Assembly (NCBI GenBank): GCA_002269645.1
Contig: NIVC01001165.1
Span: 282,261 to 346,260, forward strand
From: Macrostomum lignano
Taxonomy: Eukaryota
Direction of reading: 5' to 3'
DNA: 64,000 bases
Each line of letters begins with the position of its first letter. Position 1 is the stretch's first letter. Position numbers and translations under genes: made by a program. The notes under the pieces are model-generated. The model was not told the origin of the DNA. It was given only the letters and a program-made list of their open reading frames with translations, and did not search any database. Below are positions 1 through 12,500 of the stretch, piece after piece.

Positions 1-510
1 ACAAAAGTACATGTGGCTGTCTCAGCGTACTGCAGGGCGCACTGGGGTCAGTGATACGCAGAGCAGCATAGAAAAAGTCAGCCAAGCATCTTAAAGCTTC
101 ATCTGCCACAGCTAGGGAACGCCTCAGACAGTCAATTTAACAATGCAGGCTGACTGGGAGCTGTTTGTGGACAAAGAATTATTGCAAAAATCAAAGAGCC
201 GTAATTAATTTCAATTAGATGTTTTATACAATATCGGCCATATTTAAAAGCGTACTAACCACGATAAGATTTGCTTAACCTACTTGAACATAACGATAAC
301 ATATCAGATAGTTGTGTTATTAATAACTGCACTGTCATGTGGCTGTCTCAGCGTACTGCAGGGCGCACTGGGGTCTGTGATACGCAGTCGAGCAGCATAG
401 AAAAAGTCAGCCCCAGCATCCTTAAGCTTCATCTGCCACAGCTAGGGAACGCCTTAAAACAGCTATTTGAGAAGCTGACTAGGAGCTGTCTGTGGATTGG
501 TATGCCTGCA
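1..510. repeat. Interspersed repeat family X, copies 1-2
   Basis: Core CATGTGGCTGTCTCAGCGTACTGCAGGGCGCACTGGGGTCAGTGATACGC...CTGGGAGCTG at 10 and 336, with the GCGTACTAACC spacer between them. Confidence 0.85.
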
Positions 511-858
511 GTATGTTCCTTAATCCTTAATGCAGGGGTCAGGTAAACATCTTCACATCAAGAGCCAGATGAAAATAGAGGAGAGGCGAGTGATGGGATT
601 CGAGAAGAGATAAGAGGGAAGAGAGAGACTATTGTAAAGTTTCAAAAGACGCGAAGGCCACATTGAAATAAGAAAATAGAGATTTTGCATGACTAACTAC
701 ACATGCACAGAAACTCAGTAACGGTCAGGTGCAAATTTAACGCACATCAATGGAACACATAGAAAAGGTCAGCTCAGGATCCTTAGCTTTTCAGTAGTTA
801 CTTACATACCCCAGTTTTCAATCGCAAAACAAGTAATAAGGTACCCGTCAAAAATTTC

Positions 859-863
<5 letters not shown>

Positions 864-889
<26 letters not shown>
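864..889. repeat. (CA)n microsatellite
   Basis: Direct reading. Confidence 0.95.
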
Positions 890-942
890 CATATTTTTCT
901 ACTATAACCACGCTGGGAAAATATCTCACTAAGTCGGCTCAC

Positions 943-1199
943 CTGATCCAGGTGCTTCTCGAACTCGGCCTTTTGTTCAGCCAGGGCTCGTTCCCGTTCA
1001 GCCTCCAATTCTTTGCGCAGAGATTCGCGAGCATTGCGCAAGTCCCGGTCAAATTTGGCCTGGGCCTGCTGCAACAGGCTGTCAATGTCTACACGGGAGC
1101 CGGCGGCTGGCTCCGCCACTGCTGGCAGGCTGTCATCGGCTGACACGTAGCGATCGCCCAGCTCTGAGCAGGCGAGGATGAGGATGATGAGAGACCCAG
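943..1199 (-). CDS. Exon of an unidentified gene (hydrophobic segment followed by a coiled coil)
   Basis: atgcag|...CAG|gtgagc. Open frame GSLIILILACSELGDRYVSADD...ELEAERERALAEQKAEFEKHLDQ in GC-rich coding-style sequence. Other exons not found. Confidence 0.5.
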
Positions 1200-1974
1200 C
1201 TGCATTGACTTGGGATTTTAAAAAGACTTTAAACTACTCTTGACATAACATTGCTTCTAGAATTACGCATACTTTCGATACATATCGTTAGTCTGGTCTT
1301 AAAACCTAAATAAACCGAATTTCAAAGTCGACCATTGCAAAACAGAATTTGCACAGAAAACTGATCCAAAAATGCATGTGGCTGCCCTACATAAACTATC
1401 AGTGCCCTAGAAATTGATAGAAATAATAGAAATAATATCATATCCTTGTTTATGTAGATTAAGCAAACCTAATCGCGGTTAGTAGGCCAGTCAAATAAGA
1501 ACTTGTATTTTGTGTCGCACCAGCGCTGGAATTGCTAGAATAGTTTTTTTAATCATTTATTTTGCCGATATGTATCGAAAATGTAACTAAAATTAATTAC
1601 AGCTCTTTTGTTTTTGCAATAGTGAATTAGTAGGCAACTGCTACTAACAAGTACATGGGTTTCCAGCTGCTGGCTCACCCAGAATGTCCCGATGCGTGGC
1701 CCGCTGCACAGAGAGCACAGTTCTATTGAGCATAGACTCAAGCGAGGCCAGTTGTTGCTGTCGAATAAACTGCGGCTGTCTGGCAGTTTTCTGTCTGGCT
1801 GGCACCAGGTGCGGCGGCAGGCGGGTGCGGGCAGACATGCTTGCTGGCTGCGGGATGCGAGATTGCAATTAACATACAGACCTACTGCAAGTAGTGCGCC
1901 ACGGAAATACGATGCATTTTTTATCAAAGCGTCAAGTAACTTTTTCGACTTTCTTGATGGAATTTGAGAATCAA

Positions 1975-2470
1975 ATGTGTTTATGAGGCTTCAATCAGAT
2001 GTGTTTGAGGCTTTAACCAAATGTGTTTACGAGTTTGAGGCTTCAATGCGTTTATATAGGGCTTCAATCAAATGTGTTTATGGGGCTTTAATCATGTGTG
2101 TTTATGGGGCTTTAATCAAGTGTATTTATGGGGCTTTAATCGAATGTGTTTATGGGGCTTCAATCAGATGTGTTTACGAGTTTGAGGCTTCAATCGAATG
2201 TGTTTATGGGGTTTTAATCATGTGTGTTTATGGGGCTTTAATCAAATGTGTTTATGGGGCTTTAATCAAATGTGTTTATGGGGCTTTACTTAAGTGTTTA
2301 TGGGGCTTTAATCAAATGTTTATGGGGCTTTACTTAAGTTTGTTTATGGGGCTTTACTCAAGTGTGTTTATGGGGCTTTAATCAAATGTGTTTATGGGGC
2401 TTTACTCAAGTGTGTTTATGGGACTTTAACTAAAAGTGTTTATTTCAGGGCTCTAATCAAATGTGTTTAT
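1975..2470. repeat. Minisatellite, ~23-24 bp unit
   Basis: AATCAAATGTGTTTATGGGGCTTT repeated. Confidence 0.9.
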
Positions 2471-2689
2471 GTTGTCGTTGCTAAACACTGTTTCACTATG
2501 CGTACCTTGAAGCGGCGATAGCAGAACAATTATAATTCAGCTGCCACTCGAGGCTAATGTTAGCGATTTTTTATTTACTATTGCAACAATACACCTGCCA
2601 GATGCAGGCATGTGACCAGAATGCACTGGAGTGATTAACAAAATGTCACTTAAATTGTTGCGGTAAGTTCGCTGATCAAGACTGAATGG

Positions 2690-3920
2690 AATTGCTATCT
2701 TGCTGACGTGAGAGGGGGGGATTGCTATCTTGCTGATGTGAAGGGGGAATTGCTATCGTGCTGATGTGAAGGGGGAATTGCTATCGTGCTGATGTGAAGG
2801 GGGAATTGCTATCGTGCTGATGTGAAGGGGGAATTGCTATCTTGCTGATGTGAAGGGGGAATTGCTATCTTGCTGATGTGAAGGGGGAATTGCTATCTTG
2901 CTGATGTGAAGGGGGAATTGCTATCGTGCTGATCTGGGGGAATTGCTATCTTGCTGATGTGAAGGGGGAATTGCTATCGTGCTGATCTGGGGGAATTGCT
3001 ATCGTGCTGATGTGAAGGGGGAATTGCTATCTTGCTGATGTGAAGGGGGAATTGCTATCGTGCTGATGTGAAGGGGGAATTGCTATCTTGCTGATGTGAA
3101 GGGGGAATTGCTATCGTGCTGATGTGAAGGGGGAATTGCTATATTGCTGATGTGAAGGGGGAATTGCTATCGTGCTGATGTGAAGGGGGAATTGCTATCT
3201 TGCTGATGTGAAGGGGGAATTGCTATCTTGCTGATGTGAAGGGGGAATTGCTATCTTGCTGATGTTAAGGGGGAATTGCTATCGTGCTGATGTGAAGGGG
3301 GAATTGCTACCTTGCTGATCTGGAGGAATTGCTATCTTGCTGATGTGAAGGGGGAATTGCTATCTTGCTGATGTGAAGGGGGAATTGCTATCTTGCTGAT
3401 GTTAAGGGGGAATTGCTATCGTGCTGATGTGAAGGGGGAATTGCTACCTTGCTGATCTGGGGGAATTGCTATCTTGCTGATCTGGAGGAATTGCTATCTT
3501 GCTGATCTGGAGGAATTGATATCTTGCTGATGTGAAGGGGGAATTGCTATCTTGCTGATGTGAAGGGGGAATTGCTATCTTGCTGATGTGAAGGGGGAAT
3601 TGCTATCTTGCTGATGTGAAGGGGGAATTGCTATCTTGCTGATGTGAAGGGGGAATTGCTATCTTGCTGATGTGAAGGGGGAATTGCTATATTGCTGATG
3701 TGAAGGGGGAATTGCTATCTTGCTGATGTGAAGGGGGAATTGCTATCTTGCTGATGTGAAGGGGGAATTACTATCTTGCTGATGTGAAGGGGGAATTGCC
3801 ATCTTGCTGAATTGAAGGGGAATTGCTATCTTGCTGATGTGAAGGGGAATTACTATCTTGCTGATGTGAAGGGGGAATCACTATCTTGCTGATGTGAAGG
3901 GGAATTGCTATCTTGCTGAC
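2690..3920. repeat. Minisatellite, 28 bp unit
   Basis: TGCTGATGTGAAGGGGGAATTGCTATCT, about 43 copies. Confidence 0.95.
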
Positions 3921-4149
3921 TTGTTCAAATCGATCAATCAACAAGCAAAGAATTGCCTATAAAAATAGAAACCCGTTTATTTACTTTAATTGCAGTTGAT
4001 AGTAACTATACAGTAATTATAATTGATGAAACGCTCAGTACAGAGCAATATAAGAATGTTAAACTGTGCACACAGCAACAGTAAACTGGACAATGCATTG
4101 AGCCGAGTGTGATTAAGCTAGAAATGCATAGCTGACACAATCAGGCAGC

Positions 4150-4755
4150 TCATCTCCTGGCTTTCTTAGACGCCAGGCTGCTGCCGCCAGCGCTGCCGCC
4201 GGCCACTGAGTCGCCAGCGTCGCTGCTGGGCGCCGGTGAGTGGCTCCGACTAGAGGGGGCCGCCTGCGGCGACGCAGTGCCACGGGGAGGTCGGCCGCGC
4301 TTCCTCGGCTGAACCGACGGCTCGGCGAGGGCGCCCGCAGGCGACGCGGAGCGGGCGGAGCCGGCAGCGGACAAGCCGAACACCCTTGGAAAGTCCATGG
4401 CTAGCACGGGTTTCCAATCCGGCGAATCAATTGGCAGAGAAAATTCAACGTCCTTGTTAGGGAAGGGTAGCACCTCGGAGTCGTGCAGGGCCGGCATGGA
4501 GTACAGGCCGTCCAGGAGGGTCCACACGGACCGGATGGACACCGGCGGGAGGCCGCGGTCCCGCTGCGCAGCGTTCAGCTTCTCGGTGATGTACAGCATC
4601 TGGAAGTGCCGGTCAACACCTACGGGTTTGTGGCCGCGGAGTGCCACGAACAAGTTCATCTCCTGCTCGATGGGCCAGGCCGGCTGCTGCTGTTGCTGCT
4701 TCTGCTTTTGAGCATCGGCTCCCGCAAGCGAACCCGAGCTGCTGCCTTTAGTCAT
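4150..4755 (-). CDS. MRGBP: MRG/MORF4L-binding protein (Eaf7 family, NuA4/TIP60 subunit), single exon
   Basis: WPIEQEMNLFVALRGHKPVGVDRHFQM and LYSMPALHDSEVLPFPN match the Eaf7/MRGBP signature (GHKPVG.NRHFHM; LHESEILPFPN). AT-hook-like RKRGRPPR in the tail. Confidence 0.92.
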   Translation of the reverse strand: MTKGSSSGSLAGADAQKQKQQQQQPAWPIEQEMNLFVALRGHKPVGVDRHFQMLYITEKLNAAQRDRGLPPVSIRSVWTLLDGLYSMPALHDSEVLPFPNKDVEFSLPIDSPDWKPVLAMDFPRVFGLSAAGSARSASPAGALAEPSVQPRKRGRPPRGTASPQAAPSSRSHSPAPSSDAGDSVAGGSAGGSSLASKKARR

Positions 4756-4879
4756 GGCACTGGATAGCTGAAATGTATCAGTAGTAAAATACCCTTCGTT
4801 AAATATACTTTCGATACATATCGGCTTAAAAAACTAATTCTCTACTTATACTACTGAGAATATAAAAGTAGTCTTATTT

Positions 4880-5790
4880 GAATGTGACTGTCTCAGCGTA
4901 CTACAGAGCGCACTGGGGTCAGTGATACGCAGTGCAGCATAGAAAAAGTCAGCCCCAGCATCCTCAGCTTCATCTGCCACAGCTAGGGAACGCCTCAGAC
5001 AGCTATTTGAGAATTTAACAAGCTGACTAGGAGCTGTTTGTGGACAAAAGAGATTTGCAAAAACAAAGACCATAGGAAAGCTATTGATTACAGCATTGGT
5101 GCCACACAAAATAAAAGCCCCTAATTGACTGCGTACTAACCGTGATTAAGCTTGCTTAACCTACTTAAACAATAACGATATGATATTACTACTTTGATTC
5201 TAGGGCACTGGTAGTGAGAAACAAAAGTACATGTGGCTGTCTCAGCGTACTGCAGGGCGCACTGGGGTCAGTGATACGCAGAGCAGCATAGAAAAAGTCA
5301 GCCAAGCATCTTAAAGCTTCATCTGCCACAGCTAGGGAACGCCTCAGAGAGCCAATTTAACAATGCAGGCTGACTGGGAGCTGTTTGTGGTTAAATTATC
5401 ATTTAAAAAACAGAGCCGTAATTCTTTTAGGTTAATTTTTTTATACATATCGGTAGAATAAAAAAATTACAGCAAGCCTACCGATTCCATCGTTGGTGCC
5501 ACATAAATTAAAAGGCCCTATTTGACTACGTACTAACCGCGATTAGGCTTGCTTAACCTACTTAAACATAACGATATGATATTTATTACTTTTGATTTTA
5601 GGACACTGATATGAAGACACTAGAGTGCATGTGGCTGTCTCAGCGTACTGCAGGGCGCACTGGGGTCAGTGATACGCAGAGCAGCATAGAAAAAGTCAGC
5701 CCAGCATCCCCAGCTTCATCTGCCACAGCTAGGGAACGCCTCAGACAGCTATTTGAAATTCAGCTGACTGGGAGCTGTCCGTGGTATGCT
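4880..5790. repeat. Interspersed repeat family X, copies 3-5 in tandem
   Basis: Cores at ~4882, 5230 and 5628, separated by the CGTACTAACCGCGATTAGG spacer. Confidence 0.85.
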
Positions 5791-6588
5791 TCAGTTGTTT
5801 CAGTCTACCTATGCAGCTAGCTAAGGTGCAAGTTACAAAAAAATGATTTATAATATTAAAGACAAACGCAGACTTGAATGACGCTAATCACCGCGATGAA
5901 GATCTACTAGAAACTGATGACAGTTTTATTAGTTAAATCAGTTTTGTTTCAGTTCTGAATAACAGCAGACAATAGATAATAATATGTTAAAGTAGTAAGA
6001 GTAAAGAACCAAAATTCCAATAAAGTATTTTCAGTTTGAGAGAATAATAAAAAAAACGAGTTAACACCGCGCAAGAAAATCAGGTGCAGTTCTATATTAC
6101 TTCAAGTAGCTTGATATAGTAGTCTAATCTAAATATAAATTGTGTGTTTATGAAATAGGACAATTAAGCGTAAAAATTGAGGGATTAATAGCATCGCTTC
6201 TAGAGAGAGTGCTTAGATAGAATAAAACACAAACGAACAAAACTAGTAGGTAAATAAATATCTAATAAATTAATAATAAATATAGTAATAAATATTGCAA
6301 TAAATAGGTCAACACAGTTGATTATAAATAGAATAATGGAACAAGCAGTCGAATTTGTTTAATACTATCTCGCTTATATTAACTGATTATTGCTGATAGA
6401 TTTTTGTTAAATAAAATTTTGAGTATAATTTAAACAAAATTTCGAACAGCTTTTTTAATTTCCATTATTTTGCAATTTTGGGTTTGAAAATGGCGCTAAA
6501 GAATCTATGATTAAATAGTTAGTATTTTGTTATTAATATATAAGGATGAGTTATAAATATGATTATGATCCATACTAGTCAGTTAAAA

Positions 6589-9500
6589 TCAGCCCAGCAC
6601 AGAGGCGGTGACGGCCACGCCCCGCTCAAAGAACTGCGTAGCCGTGTTTGGCTCCTCAGTGGGGAAGGTGAGGGTGAACAGCAGCTGAGCCCTGGTGGAG
6701 TTCAGGTACACAGGCAGACTGACTGAGCTCTCAGGCGGCGGCTTCTTGTAGGCCTCGTGCCTCACCCAGCAGATCTCGGTGCGGGCCAGCTCGCTGCTGA
6801 TGCTGTTCACCAGGCGGAGCTTGTTGTCGGCGCACTCGGCTCCCATGAGACGCAAGCCGTGCACCACGAAGGTGCTGGCATCGGGCGGCGGGCCGTCAGC
6901 AGCTGGACGGACCTTCACGTCCAAAGTGAGCTCCTCCAGGGCCCAGCGGTTGCTCTGGGCAACGGTCTGCCTGGTGGCGGTGATGTAGGCCTCGGGCATG
7001 AAGAGGCCGCCAAGCCACACGGGAGCCAAGCGAAGCGACTCAATGCCGCCCTTGGCAACCAGATCAGAGATTCGAGCCATCTGCCGGACCCGCTCGGCAA
7101 AGTCGGCAACCCACTGGATGGCGGTGAGCCCAGCTGGCACTGTGTACTTCTTCCAGCCAGCCGGTATGAGGCTCTTCTGCAGGTCCGCCATCATCTTGCG
7201 GTGATGATTTGTCGGCTTGCGCTCCGCCGCGCACACTGCCGCCACCTCGCTGAGATCTTTGCGCACCGCGGCAAGCAGGTTGGCAGCTGAGGTGACCTCG
7301 CGCTCGAAGCAGCGGAACAGCGGATCCTTGATGTTCTCGGCTGTGCGGGCCATGCGGCGCAGGTCCTTGGGCAGCTGGCCCAGCCAGTCATTGGCCTGGT
7401 TGCACAGCTGCCGCATCCAGGCCGGCCTGGCGTCGCCCGCGTTGCTGATAGTGCGCTGGCGACCGCTGACCACCAGGTCTTCGTCATCTTCAACGTGCTG
7501 CATCTGCATCACCTTGCCCAGCATCTCTTGGCCTGAGTTAAAAGGGGGAAGAAGAACACAAGACTGACATGGACTTTTGGTTTACTATTTTTGTTAGTAA
7601 AGTTTAAATTGGCGCAATAAATTTTTACCAGTAATTCAAATTCGCGCCAAAAATTACGCTGTCTGGATTTTTGTTTTACATTATAAAAAGGTGATAGCTA
7701 TATAGAGAGGAAAAAAACAAATATTGATTTATCAAGTTTTAAATTTAAAACAATTTTTGTTAAACTACTTGAGAAACTTTTTGGCGCGAATTCAAATTTT
7801 TGAAAAACAATGTTAAAACCAGAGGAAAAACTGCCTTCCAGTGTGTACATAGTATGTACAATTGCATTGATTTTTGACGAAAGAACTTGTACCGCACCTC
7901 AGAAGGAATATACGGAGAAAAACTGCATTACCTACCATGAAACTCCTTAAGAACTACAGAACATAGGATCGTATAAATATGGTAATGAGAGGAAAAACCG
8001 CTTCACCAGTCGAACTCCACCTTGAGTATAAATATATACAGGTGTTTTCATATTATCCCAAATAGACTGTGAATAAGACAGGAATGCGTGACTGTACCGC
8101 CTTCATCTTTCTCGTCCTCCTCCAGCAGGTCAAGTTTCAGCAAGTCTTTCACAAGTCGAGCCGCTGTACAGAACAAAATTCAATTCAATTCAAATTCAAA
8201 TTCAATTAGTGTAAGTGCGCATCTTGACAAAACTTAATTAAAATACAAAAAGGCGCATATTAAACAATAAAATGTGGCTGTCTCAGCGTACTGCAGGGCA
8301 CACTGGAGTCGGTGATACGCAGAGCAGCATAGAAAAAGTCAGCCCCAGCATCCTGAGCTTCATCTGCCACAGCTAGGGAACGCCTCAGAAAGCTACTTAA
8401 GAAGCTGACTGGGAGCTATACGTGGACAAATTCAAAGAGCTGATGATAGTTAAAAAGAGATTTAATAAATTTAAATTTGATTTTCGATACATATCCGCAG
8501 AATGAATAAATTGAAAAATAACAGCCCACCTACTGATTCTAGCGTTGGTGCAACTCAAATTAAAAGGCCTTGTCTGACTGCGTACTAACCGCGATTAGGT
8601 TGGCTTAACCTGCTTACAAAAACGATATGATACTTTATTTGATATGATAACTAATACTTTAATTTCAAGGGCACTGACATTGAGAAATCAGAGTGCATGT
8701 GGCTGTCTCAGCGTACTGCAGGGCGCACTGATGTCAATAATACGCAGAGCAGCATAGAAAAAGTCAGCCCAGCATCCTCAGCTTCATCTGCCACAGTTAG
8801 GGAACGCCTCAGACAGCCAATTTAACAATGCAGGCTACTGGGAGCTGTCTGTGGACCACATGGAATCTCATTCATTACACTTGGCTACTCACACTACTGC
8901 AGCTCAGTAGTATCTGAGACTGTGAGCGATCTGATCCCCAGCCCCACTAGCTACTCGCACTACTGCAGCTCAGTAGTATCTGAGACTCTGTGAGCCCCGC
9001 AGCGGACAGCCGCAGACACGCAGGCAGCGAGTCTCTGAGGCAAAAATGCCGCACAGGGCCGCCAACCGTCTGCCACAGAAGGAAAGCCTCGCTCGGCCAC
9101 TGGGCGGAGATGCTGCTGCCGCGGTGCCGGCCAGGGGCAAAATGTGGCCTAGCTTTTTGTTATTTTCAAGTTACAACTAAAAGAGCTTGAGCACGGGGAA
9201 GGGGGATCTAGAACACGGGAGTATGGGGATCTAGAACACGGGAGTATGGGGATCTAGAACACGGGAATATGGGGATCTAGAACACGTGAATATGGGGATC
9301 TAGAACACGGGAGTATGGGGATCTAGAACACGGGAGTATGGGGATCTAGAACACGGGAGTATGGGGATCTAGAACACGGGAGTATGGGGATCTAGAACAC
9401 GGGAGTATGGGGATCTACAACACGGGAATATGGGGATCTAGAACACGGGAATATGGGGATCTAGAACACGGGAATATGGGGATCTAGAACACGGGAGTAT

Positions 9501-12500
9501 GGGATCTAGAACACGGGAGTATGGGGATCTAGAACACGGGAGTATGGGGATCTAGAACACGGGAGTATGGGGATCTAGAACACGGGAGTATGGGGATCTA
9601 CAACACGGGAATATGGGGATCTAGAACACGGGAATATGGGGATCTAGAACACGGGAGTATGGGGATCTAGAACACGGGAGTATGGGGATCTAGAACACGG
9701 GAGTATGGGGATCTACAACACGGGAATATGGGGATCTAGAACACGGGAATATGGAGATCTAGAACACGGGAATATGGGGATCTAGAACACGGGAGTATGG
9801 GGATCTAGAACACGGGAGTATGGGGATCTAGAACACGGGAGTATGGGGATCTAGAACACGGGAGTATGGGGATCTAGAACACGGGAGTATGGGGATCTAG
9901 AACACGGGAATATGGGGATCTAGAACACGGGAATATGGGGATCTAGAACACGGGAGTATGGGGATCTAGAACACGGGAGTATGGGGATCTAGAACACGGG
10001 AGTATGGGGATCTAGAACACGGGAATATGGGGATCTAGAACACGGGAGTATGGGGATCTAGAACACGGGAGTATGGGGATCTAGAACACGGGAGTATGGG
10101 GATCTAGAACACGGGAGTATGGGGATCTAGAACACGGGAGTATGGGGATCTAGAACACGGGAGTATGGGGATCTACAACACGGGAATATGGGGATCTAGA
10201 ACACGGGAATATGGGGATCTAGAACACGGGAGTATGGGGATCTAGAACACGGGAGTATGGGGATCTAGAACACGGGAGTATGGGGATCTAGAACACGTGA
10301 ATATGGGGATCTAGAACACGGGAGTATGGGGATCTAGAACACGGGAGTATGGGGATCTACAACACGGGAATATGGGGATCTAGAACACGGGAGTATGGGG
10401 ATCTAGAACACGGGAGTATGGGGATCTAGAACACGGGAGTATGGGGATCTAGAACACGGGAGTATGGGGATCTAGAACACGGGAATATGGGGATCTAGAA
10501 CACGGGAATATGGGGATCTAGAACACGGGAGTATGGGGATCTAGAACACGGGAGTATGGGGATCTAGAACACGGGAGTATGGGGATCTACAACACGGGAA
10601 TATGGGGATCTAGAACACGGGAATATGGGGATCTAGAACACGGGAATATGGGGATCTAGAACACGGGAGTATGGGGATCTAGAACACGGGAATATGGGGA
10701 TCTAGAACACGGGAATATGGGGATCTAGAACACGGGAGTATGGGGATCTAGAACACGGGAGTATGGGGATCTAGAACACGGGAGTATGGGGATCTACAAC
10801 ACGGGAATATGGGGATCTAGAACACGGGAATATGGGGATCTAGAACACGGGAGTATGGGGATCTAGAACACGGGAGTATGGGGATCTAGAACACGGGAGT
10901 ATGGGGATCTACAACACGGGAATATGGGGATCTAGAACACGGGAATATGGGGATCTAGAACACGGGAGTATGAGGATCTAGAACACGGGAGTATGGGGAT
11001 CTAGAACACGGGAATATGGGGATCTAGAACACGTGAATATGGGGATCTAGAACACGGGAATATGGGGATCTAGAACACGGGAGTATGGGGATCTACAACA
11101 CGTTAATGGGTATCTAGTACAAACAAGGCCTCTATCACAAACAAAGACCTCATACGCCATCTTACCCAAGTTCCTCAATAGCACTTTCTCAGCATTATTC
11201 GGCAGTCCAAGCCAGGAAGGTGTCTGCGTATCCGGCAGCTTGTTGATCCAGGCGAAAATCTCGTTGCGCTTGGAGCCCTCAGGCGGCATGATGCGGCCGC
11301 CCTCAACCCCGTCGACGTGCTCCACAATGGGCCTGTCACCGTCAAAGCTAGCGGCGTCGAACAAAGACTCAAGGAACGTCTGCAACAGGCGGGCATCGAA
11401 GGCGTTATCAATTTTGCCGCCGTAGATGCACTGCGACATGAGGGTGCGCAGCGCGTCCCACGGGATCTTGTCTGGGGGCAGGTTGGCGCGGCCCATGGCG
11501 GCTCCGTCAACCCAGGTGTCAATGGTGTCGCAGGCGCATTTCAAATCCGACTCGTTGAACTCGTAGCGTTTGGCCCAGCCAAGCGGAGTGTAGCGGAGGC
11601 GCTCCTGTCAGATAGGGTGGAACCAATTGTCAGTTTAGATTGGGCTGTAGCGAATTCAACATTTTTATACTACTGCTAATTTGCCTTGGTTGGTGAGTCA
11701 AGAAGGACTAGCTGTGCGGGTCAAGGTGGTTAGAGCCCAGTGGGTCAAGGTGGTCAGTCTAGTGGGTCAATGTGATCAAGAGTCAGGTGGGTCAAGGTGG
11801 TCAGAGCCGTGGGTCAAGGTGGTCAGAGCCCAGTGGGTTGAGGTGGTCAGAGTGCAGTGGGTCAAGGTGGTTAGAGCGCAGTGGGTCAGGGCGGACAGAA
11901 TTCAGTGGGTCAGGTAGTCAGAGTCCAGTGGGTCAGGTAGTCAGAGTCCAGTGGGTCAGCTAGTCAGAGTCCAGTGGGTCAGGTGGTCAGGGTCCAGTGG
12001 GTCAGGTGGTCAGAGTCAGAAGAACAAAGAAACAGATAAGAGTAAAAAAACACCAAAAGCGACTCACCTGCACAACAGCGTGGAACCAGGCCAGCAGGAA
12101 GTACAGGCGACTTCTCTCGGCGGGTGCCTTGGACATCCGCTGCGGCGGTATGGCACTGAGGGTGCGCATCAGCGACGCCTTCAGGCCAGCGGGCGGCTCG
12201 AATACGAACACCCTGGCGGTGCGGATGATATTAGTAGGCAGCTTAGGCGAGATCTCAGCGGTGAGGAACAGCCGGAAATTGGGATGCGGCGCCAGCGTGT
12301 GCAGGCGTTTCTCCAGCTGGCCGAGCCAGGCCGGCGCCAGGTGTACATTCTTGAGCGCGATCCAGCCGCCAGTCTTGGCGCCGGAGTTGACGGCTTTCTC
12401 GGCCGCGCTGAAGCCTTCAGCGGAGCCGATGGCGATGCCAGTGAGCTGTTTGCCGCACTCGGAGGCCAGCTCCTCGACTCGGCCGGATGCGTCGTAGCCG

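Noticed and set aside
271-546. ORFs from repeat family X (also 4846-5109 and 5611-5820)
   Set aside because: Frames differ between copies because of indels; no consistent protein.
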